Below, piece after piece: positions 25,805-32,000 of a DNA stretch of 32,000 bases. The number at the start of each line of letters is the position of its first letter. The first letter of the stretch is position 1. The stretch comes from Acaryochloris marina MBIC11017. GTDB lineage: Bacteria > Cyanobacteriota > Cyanobacteriia > Thermosynechococcales > Thermosynechococcaceae. The notes beneath the pieces were generated by a model. That model made no database searches and was not told where the DNA came from. It saw only the letters and a list, made by a program, of their open reading frames with translations. The DNA lies in the NCBI RefSeq assembly GCF_000018105.1, contig NC_009925.1:4200001-4232000 (forward strand). Direction: 5' to 3'. The position numbers and the translations under genes were made by a program.

Positions 25805-26759
25805 TAGCAGTCGCCATATTAAGAAGGACTTAAACTAGAGAAGTATTTCATTCCTTCTGTTCTGTGATGCCCAAAATTTATAGTTACGACCTACGTTGCA
25901 AAGTGATAGATGCGATTGAGCTTGATGGAATGCGCCCTTCTGAAGCGAGTGAACTGTTCCATATCAGGCGTAACACGATTAACCAATGGCAACACCTCAA
26001 GGCGGAAACAGGTGATTTGCATCCCAAGCCAGTCCATTGTCCTGACCATAGCCATAAAATCAAAGACTGGGACAAGTTTCGAGCATTTGCTTACAAGCAT
26101 CGGCATAAAACCCAAGCTCAGATGGCCCAACTATGGGATGGAGAGATTAGTGAGCGGACCATCTCAAGAGCCCTCCAGAACATCGGCTTTACTCGAAAAA
26201 AAACGTATGGGTACCGAGAACGAGATGAGCATAAACGGGCAGCGTTCATCAAACGTCTGAGTACCGTGGACCCAGACGATATCGTCTATGCAGATGAGTC
26301 GGGCATGGATCATCGAGACGAGTATGACTATGCTTATGGCCCCAAAGGTGAGCGGGTTTATGCCTTGAAATCTGGCACTAGAAAGGGTCGAGTCAATATG
26401 ATTGCGGCGTTGAGGGCCAAGCAGTTGATGGCGCCGTTCACAATCGAAGGAGCTTGCAACCGGACGGTATTTGAAGTTTGGTTGGAGCGTTGCTTGATAC
26501 CTATGCTTAAACCTGGGCAGAAGCTGGTGATTGATAATGCCACATTTCACAAGGCAGGACGAATACAGGAATTAGTGGAAAAAGCAGGATGTGAGGTTTG
26601 GTATTTACCGCCTTATTCCCCTGACTTGAACAAGATTGAGCGGTCTTGGTCTTGGATTAAAAGTCGCATCCGCCATCAATTAGACCATTTTGGGTCTCTC
26701 AGAGAAGCAATGGAACATGTCCTGCATCTGACGTCCTGAATAGAATGGCGACTGCTATA
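25803..26759 (+). mobile_element. IS630-family insertion sequence, copy 2 (957 bp including flanking TA)
   Basis: It has the same 15-bp termini as copy 1: TATAGCAGTCGCCAT (25803-25817) and ATGGCGACTGCTATA (26745-26759). It is inserted at a TA inside a coding frame. Confidence 0.92.
25864..26739 (+). CDS. IS630-family transposase, intact fused form (291 aa)
   Basis: A single ORF spans the HTH and DDE regions (...DESGMDHRDEY...VIDNATFHK...PPYSPDLNKIERSWSWIK...). The ATG at 25867 is the likely start. By my count of substitutions it is about 93% identical in protein to the two-frame copy 1. Confidence 0.9.
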   Translation: MMPKIYSYDLRCKVIDAIELDGMRPSEASELFHIRRNTINQWQHLKAETGDLHPKPVHCPDHSHKIKDWDKFRAFAYKHRHKTQAQMAQLWDGEISERTISRALQNIGFTRKKTYGYRERDEHKRAAFIKRLSTVDPDDIVYADESGMDHRDEYDYAYGPKGERVYALKSGTRKGRVNMIAALRAKQLMAPFTIEGACNRTVFEVWLERCLIPMLKPGQKLVIDNATFHKAGRIQELVEKAGCEVWYLPPYSPDLNKIERSWSWIKSRIRHQLDHFGSLREAMEHVLHLTS

Positions 26760-26885
26760 GAACAAACTTTGCAACAATCTAAAGAGGATAATCCTGAAAA
26801 ACTGATTGAAGCCTTGGAAAATTATATTCAGGATTCTCAAGCTAGCCATTCGTTTGCCTTGAAACTAGCCGAAATAATTTTCTGA
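26760..26885 (+). pseudogene. 3' part of the gene split by IS copy 2
   Basis: EQTLQQSKEDNPEKLIEALENYIQDSQASHSFALKLAEIIF* is in frame with 25583-25804 once the IS and one TA are removed. Confidence 0.6.
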
Positions 26886-26962
26886 CAATAAAACTAGTGC
26901 TCGACCACACTGAATTGGATAGGTAAGCTAGCAACAATCTAGCTGTTTTTAGCCAACTAATC

Positions 26963-28080
26963 ATGCCTGACAAATATATTGTGACGCTAACGCCTGAAGA
27001 ACGCAGTGAGCTGATACAACTCACCCGACGTAGAACCCTGTCAGCGCGAAAAATGAAACGAGCCCAGATTTTGATGTTGGCAGATGAGGGACACAAAGAC
27101 GATACCATTACTCAAATGCTCAATGCAGGCATCTCTACCGTGCATCGTACTCGCCAGAAATTTGTTGAAGGTGGTGTGGAATTTGCCCTCAATGAGCGTC
27201 CCAGACCAGGAGGGCAAAAGAAGCTCGATAGCAAAGCAGAGGCCTTGCTAATTGCGACAGCTTGTAGCGACCCACCAACCGGTTGTTGCCGGTGGACCAT
27301 GCAGCTATTGGCAGAACGGCTGGTTGAACTTAAAGTCGTCGAAAGCCTATCGGATGAAACTGTGCGACGTACGCTCGAAAAAAACAGCTTAAGCCTTGGC
27401 TAAAAGAGCAGTGGTGTTTTTCTACTGTAGGCGTAGACTTTGTTTGGCGGATGGAGAACGTTCTAGATTGGTATGCCCAACCCTACGATCCTGATGAGCC
27501 TGTTGTTTGTTTTGATGAACGGCCTTGCCAACTGATTGGCGAAACCCGGGTGCCCCGTCCATCGAAGCCCGGTCGTCCTCAACGCTACGACCATGAATAC
27601 GAGCGGAAGGGCACTTGTAATATATTTGGCTTTTTTCAACCGCTCAAAAGTTGGCGACATTTGAAGGTGACTGAGCATCGAAAAAGTGAGGACTTTGGGG
27701 TGTGCATGCAGTATCTAGTGGATGGTCTGTTTCCTGATGCTCAACAAGTGCACGTTGTCTTAGACAATCTCAACACCCATACTCCCGCTGCACTCTACAA
27801 AACCTTCAAACCTGATGAAGCTTTGAGGATTCTCAGTCGCATTCAGTTTCACTACACTCCAAAACATGGTAGTTGGCTCAATATGGTTGAGTTTGAGTTT
27901 TCGGCTCTTTCTAGGCAGTGCTTAAATCGACGAATTCCTGATATTGAAAAACTCCGGCATGAGGTCACCGCATGGGAACAAAGGCGTAACTGGGATAAAG
28001 CGATGGTTAATTGGTTATTTACAGTGGATGATGCACGAACTAAACTCAGCCGACTCTATCCCCAAACTACCCTGTCATAA
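26963..28080 (+). CDS. IS630-family transposase, orfA (26963-27403) and orfB (to 28080) joined by a -1 frameshift at an A7 run
   Basis: orfA is an HTH (RKMKRAQILMLADEGHKDDTITQMLNAGISTVHRTRQKF). orfB is a DDE region (VCFDERPCQ...VVLDNLNTHT...HYTPKHGSWLNMVEFEFSAL). orfB lies in frame -1 relative to orfA and is open from the A7 run onward. Confidence 0.85.
27378..27384 (+). promoter_or_regulatory. A7 slippery run at the orfA/orfB junction of element D
   Basis: The context is CTCGAAAAAAACAG. A -1 shift converts ...LEKNSLSLG* into ...LEKKQLKPWLKEQW... and continues into the DDE domain. Confidence 0.65.
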
Positions 28081-28195
28081 TCACTGTGGCAAAGCACTAG
28101 CGGTATCATCCGCAATAAGACAGATAGACTGCGATACCAATACCTTGATGGCTTCTTAACCCAAATTGGGGTATCTAGTCGCAGAAGGTGTCAAC

Positions 28196-28233
28196 AATCA
28201 AGCTTGACGCTCAATTTGCCATCAAGCTTGATT
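28196..28233 (-). terminator. 12-bp perfect stem-loop downstream of the RTX gene
   Basis: AATCAAGCTTGA (28196-28207) pairs with TCAAGCTTGATT (28222-28233) around a 14-nt loop, about 20 nt past the stop at 28254. There is no clear U-tract. Confidence 0.4.
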
Positions 28234-28253
28234 CCTTATCCAATAGCTTCAAA

Positions 28254-29621
28254 TCATGAAGTGTAATTAAAGCCTGACCCGCTCAAATTCAGGTTACTTG
28301 ATCCACTGACTACCGCAATAAGTTCATCAGTGCCAGGTGTTTTAAGGAAAATAGCCTGTCCAGAAGGAGTGCCGGTTGGTGATGAACCCAAACTATACTC
28401 ACTGGCAGACCCATGCAAAAGGATGCGATCCCCTTCAGCAACCTTAAATCCCTCAATATGGGCGTAATCTCCCTTACCAAGGGTGTTATTTCTGCCGTCA
28501 TCATAAAACGATTGAGATTGGTTGCCTAGAATATACAAATCGCCACCAGGGCCGCCCTTGAGTCTATCTATCTGAGATTTAGAAGTACTTGAAGTGGTTG
28601 CTATACCAGTCAAGACATCACGACCATTTCCTCCATAAAGGGAGTCATTGCCCAGGCCGCCAAACATTGTGTCATTCCCTTTATGACCGACCAATTTATC
28701 GCGACCAGAGCCTCCATATAGCCGATCATTACCATCTCTACCGAGCAGCCGATCATTATCACCATCGCCATAAAGAGAGTCGTTACCTTGAGCGCCATCA
28801 AGCGTATCTCGGTTACTTCCCCCTCGAAGCCGATCCTTGCCAATCTCTCCAAACAGCCGATCCTTGCCTGCTCCTCCTTCTAAATAATCGTTTCCGCTTC
28901 CCCCTCTAATCAGATCGTTTCCTGATTCCCCTTTCAGCCGATCATTGCCCTCCCCGCCATTGAGGAGATCATTTCCGGCTTGGCCGTAGATAGAATCGGA
29001 ACCGTTCCCTCCAGATAAAGTATCAGCCCCATTGGCCCCTTTGATGGTGTCATTTCCTGCCAAACCCGCTATCTTATCGGGTTTATTCGTCCCGTTGAGT
29101 AAATCATTGCCTGCGGTAGCAGTATTTGTAGAAGGTGGGCTGTTTGCCTGAGGATTGGTTTGACCATCTGTTTGCGCAACATAGTTGCCTGGATTAGCGC
29201 CCGCACCAAAGACTTGGGTCCAATAATGAGAATAATTTACGCTTCCCGTATCGTTATTCAAAGCGTGGTACCCCAGCCCCATATGGGTAAAGCTTGAGTT
29301 GAGGATATTCGCTCGATGTCCTGAACTGCGCATCCATCCTTGAAAGACAGCTTCAGGCGTAGTCTGCCCTGCAGCAATATTTTCACCCCATGTAGACCAT
29401 CCTGTATATCCAGCAGCCTCAATCCGATCTCCTGCACTCGTTCCTGTTTGCGGATCGGTATGACTGAAGAAATCACCCGTCGCCATGCGGGTAGAGTGCC
29501 CATCCGCTGCTTGATCTAATTTCTGACTTAAAGATAAGGTATTCAACCCGGCTTTAGATCGTTCCTGATTAACCAGACTCAAAATCTTCTGGTCAAATTT
29601 GTCTCGATTTAAGATCGCCAT
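28254..29621 (-). CDS. secreted CAP/SCP (PR-1-like) domain protein fused to hemolysin-type Ca-binding (RTX) repeats
   Basis: The N-terminal roughly 140 aa match the CAP domain (LVNQERSKAGL...GHSTRMA...FSHT...GENIAAG...GWMRSSGHRANIL...HYWTQVFG). Residues about 170-339 (DNA 28605-29114) hold about 18 consecutive GGxGxDxLx nonapeptides. There is no N-terminal signal peptide, as expected for a type I secretion substrate. Confidence 0.85.
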   Translation of the reverse strand: MAILNRDKFDQKILSLVNQERSKAGLNTLSLSQKLDQAADGHSTRMATGDFFSHTDPQTGTSAGDRIEAAGYTGWSTWGENIAAGQTTPEAVFQGWMRSSGHRANILNSSFTHMGLGYHALNNDTGSVNYSHYWTQVFGAGANPGNYVAQTDGQTNPQANSPPSTNTATAGNDLLNGTNKPDKIAGLAGNDTIKGANGADTLSGGNGSDSIYGQAGNDLLNGGEGNDRLKGESGNDLIRGGSGNDYLEGGAGKDRLFGEIGKDRLRGGSNRDTLDGAQGNDSLYGDGDNDRLLGRDGNDRLYGGSGRDKLVGHKGNDTMFGGLGNDSLYGGNGRDVLTGIATTSSTSKSQIDRLKGGPGGDLYILGNQSQSFYDDGRNNTLGKGDYAHIEGFKVAEGDRILLHGSASEYSLGSSPTGTPSGQAIFLKTPGTDELIAVVSGSSNLNLSGSGFNYTS

Positions 29622-30485
29622 GTTGTTCTGTTTAATTAGTCAATATTGACAAGCTATTACTACTATGTGAAGATGCGGTGAATCACGAGCTTAATTAACT
29701 TTTAAATACGCTATTTTCTGTATAAAATAAATAATTTATGTTGGTTTATTGTATTTTTTTGATTAAAAAATATTGCTGAGTCAATAGATGCAATCTTCTT
29801 TTGAATTCAGTATTTAAAGGATTTACAGGCTGAGTATAACATTAGAATTAGATGAAAATATGATATTTGAAGTGCTTCCCAGTATTAAGATTGTGTGCTT
29901 GCTGAAATCCAGGATAGATCTAATCAAAAGAATATTCTGTTTTTAATTGACTGAAGGTAAAGTGTCAATATTCGCTAGGCTGTTAAAATAGTATATCTCA
30001 ATAAAAACTCAATCTTCTTGGATATCTGACACAACTTATAAATATCCTGATATCAATAGAGCAAAAATCAATAGGATTCAGATCTGAACTAATAGGACCC
30101 AACCAAGGTTGGAACTACGAACCTAACTCTATGTCTGAAGATTTGTAGTTTATGAAGGCTTCCAACGAATCCCATACTAGGTCTGGAGAGATATAGGGTG
30201 TTGAGATATCTTCAAAACTAAATTCGATGAATATTAGGCCAGCTGGCAGAATCCACTAAGGCCTTGACCAAACATCATGAAATAGCTCGTTCTGTTTCAC
30301 TCTGGGATTGGTAGTTGTAGCATCCCAGACGAGGAGTCGCAGGTCTTTTGCACTTCAACGTTAGACAGTGGTATCCTCAGCCATTTCAATTTTGGAAACG
30401 AGATAGTTCATCCTAACTTCAGCGATTAGGATGAAGTCACTCCAGCCTTGTGCTGGAAACCCTTGGAATTGAGGAGAAGGATGCA

Positions 30486-32000
30486 ATGAAGCAGTTTAAT
30501 TGGCAGCGGTCTGGTGCACTATCCGCCGCCTTACTGATGACGATGAGTGCTTGCCAACCACTCAATATTGCCCAAGCGAAATCGCAACCCCAAACCAGAA
30601 TCAAGGGTTGCAATTCTGAGTCGCTGCTGCTGCCCGCCCATAAAGATGTCGAGGTATTGCGCAATCTGTATGAACAGTATCTGGGGCGCACGCCGGTCGA
30701 AATTGAGTTAGGGCTATCCCGTGCTGAGTTTGCTCAAAGTTTGGCCCAGCTTACTCGTAGTTTAGAGCGTTTACAGGATAAATCTTTGAGTTCTGTAGAT
30801 GCAGCTCTGCTCAAACGCCTACAGCAAGACTATGCAACAGAGCTGAGTCAGGTCCGTCAACGTCGTAAACCTAGCAATCGTCGATTTGGGATCTCACCTC
30901 GACGTCCACGACCAACCGGTCTGCCACCGGCCCTTACGAAAGCACAGCCTGCCCCGGCGGAAACCGCTGCTCAATCCCAATTCAGCCGTGACCAAAGTGG
31001 TCGGATGAAGTCGGTTGCGCCCCCCGCTGGCCTTGCGCCCCCTGCACCTGAACCTAGATTCCAGGACAAGGATCGCCTTCATCTACCTGGGACATTCAAC
31101 ACCGAAGACTACAAGCGCATCAATGAGAATCCGTTTTTCTTACCTCAGCGCACCCCCCTGTCCACCTTTTCCATTGATGTGGATACGGCCTCCTATAGCA
31201 ATGTGCGACGCTTTATCCGCCAAGGTCAACTCCCACCCAAAGATGCCGTGCGTCTCGAAGAACTGATTAACTACTTCGACTACGGCTATGCCTCTCCCAA
31301 AGGCGATCAGCCTTTCTCCGTCAGTACTGAGGTGGCGACTGCCCCTTGGAATAACCAGCATAAGCTCGTACATATCGGCCTCAAAGGCAAGGAGCTAGAA
31401 AAAGAACAGCCCAGCAATTTGGTGTTTCTGATTGACGTGTCGGGGTCCATGAAACGCCCCAACAAGCTGGCCCTGGTCAAGAAGTCCCTTTGCTTACTGG
31501 TTCATCAGCTGAAGCCTGAAGATCGGGTCAGCTTAGTGGTGTATGCCGGGCGGGCTGGCATTGTTTTACCGTCGACACCAGGCACCCAAAAAGCCACGAT
31601 TATGAACGCCATCGATCGGCTAGAGGCCGGTGGATCCACTGCAGGGGCAGCTGGCATTAAGATGGCCTATGATATGGCCGAACGCCACTTTCTCAAGAAT
31701 GGCAATAATCGAGTGATCTTAGCGACGGATGGCGACTTTAATGTCGGCCAATCCAGCGATGCTGAATTAGAGCGTCTGATCGAGCAAAAGCGAGATCGAG
31801 GAGTATTTCTCACGGTCTTAGGCTATGGCACGGGCAATTATAAAGACAACAAAATGGAGCTGTTAGCGAACAAAGGCAATGGGAACTATGCCTATATCGA
31901 TACCCTCCTAGAAGCTCAGAAAGTGCTCGTCAATGACTTGCGAGGAACCCTATTCACCATTGCCAAAGACGTCAAAATTCAGGTGGAATTTAACCCGGGA
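30486..32000 (+). CDS. vWA-domain lipoprotein (YfbK-like), 3' end beyond the window
   Basis: A GAGGAGAAGG RBS lies 6 nt upstream of the ATG. The lipobox is LLMTMSAC. The conserved vWA N-terminal region reads NENPFFLPQRTPLSTFSIDVDTASYSNVRRFI. The MIDAS motif is LVFLIDVSGSM...GGSTAG...ATDGDFN. The frame is open to base 32000 and is missing from the ORF track because it has no stop. Confidence 0.9.
   Translation, partial: MKQFNWQRSGALSAALLMTMSACQPLNIAQAKSQPQTRIKGCNSESLLLPAHKDVEVLRNLYEQYLGRTPVEIELGLSRAEFAQSLAQLTRSLERLQDKSLSSVDAALLKRLQQDYATELSQVRQRRKPSNRRFGISPRRPRPTGLPPALTKAQPAPAETAAQSQFSRDQSGRMKSVAPPAGLAPPAPEPRFQDKDRLHLPGTFNTEDYKRINENPFFLPQRTPLSTFSIDVDTASYSNVRRFIRQGQLPPKDAVRLEELINYFDYGYASPKGDQPFSVSTEVATAPWNNQHKLVHIGLKGKELEKEQPSNLVFLIDVSGSMKRPNKLALVKKSLCLLVHQLKPEDRVSLVVYAGRAGIVLPSTPGTQKATIMNAIDRLEAGGSTAGAAGIKMAYDMAERHFLKNGNNRVILATDGDFNVGQSSDAELERLIEQKRDRGVFLTVLGYGTGNYKDNKMELLANKGNGNYAYIDTLLEAQKVLVNDLRGTLFTIAKDVKIQVEFNPG

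Larger units (their letters stand above)
26895..28099 (+). mobile_element. IS630-family insertion sequence (element D, about 1.2 kb)
   Basis: Imperfect inverted repeats of about 20 bp: CTAGTGCTCGACCACACTGA (from 26894) against the reverse complement of 28081-28100 (CTAGTGCTTTGCCACAGTGA), 16 of 20 identical. TA is present at both junctions. Confidence 0.8.

Noticed and set aside
28589-28909. ORFs of 80-106 aa in other frames within the RTX gene (28589-28909 +, 28610-28852 -, 29258-29503 -, 28310-28504 -)
   Set aside because: These are artefacts of the repetitive GGxGxD-coding DNA. The 455-aa minus-strand frame has clear domain signatures and explains the region.
30437-31373. Minus- and plus-strand ORFs of 62-84 aa overlapping the vWA gene (30437-30691, 30894-31082, 31015-31266, 31140-31373)
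   Set aside because: All lie inside the long open frame starting at 30486, which has strong vWA/MIDAS signatures. They are frame-shadow ORFs.
1-32000. CRISPR arrays, tRNA/rRNA genes, group II intron or retron-like structures
   Set aside because: I saw no regularly spaced direct repeats of 25-40 bp, no cloverleaf-compatible segments in the non-coding intervals I inspected, and no reverse-transcriptase-like ORF. A tRNAscan/Infernal run would be needed to exclude small RNAs formally.

Overview
The window looks like cyanobacterial chromosomal DNA. The HIP1 palindrome GCGATCGC occurs 5 times, all before 14.3 kb. The sequence splits into two parts.

Part 1 (about 0.5-16.5 kb) holds ordinary housekeeping and accessory genes. 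These include a LysR regulator divergent from a three-gene redox cluster, plus ABM monooxygenase, MOSC, PPC/DUF296, MgtC, TetR and a FAD-dependent oxidoreductase. Several orphan genes sit in AT-richer islets.

Part 2 (about 16.7-28.1 kb) is an accessory segment saturated with insertion sequences. I count seven IS elements or fragments in the window:
- a truncated IS630-like transposase at the window start, carrying an in-frame TGA;
- two diverged same-orientation copies of a roughly 957 bp IS630-family element (16721-17678 and 25803-26759);
- a three-deep nest at about 18.4-22.15 kb, with an IS4-family element inside an IS630-family element inside another IS630-family element;
- a further IS630-family element with an A7 frameshift site (26895-28099).

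Between the IS elements lie a convergent pair of uncharacterised paralogous small proteins, an orphan STAS protein, a Tat-signal agmatine deiminase homologue and an IS-split small gene. Downstream are a CAP-domain/RTX-repeat secreted protein and a vWA-domain lipoprotein that runs off the window end.

I found no rRNA, tRNA or CRISPR array, and no complete known defence or secretion system.

The most unusual items are:
- a 421-aa protein combining a cysteine-less HNH nuclease motif with a Gly/Ala-rich membrane segment;
- the neighbouring orphan two-gene module;
- the IS-adjacent paralogue pair;
- an A7/A8/A9 homopolymer series at the homologous orfA/orfB junction of four IS630-family elements.

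All functional calls come from motif recognition by eye. None has been checked against a database.
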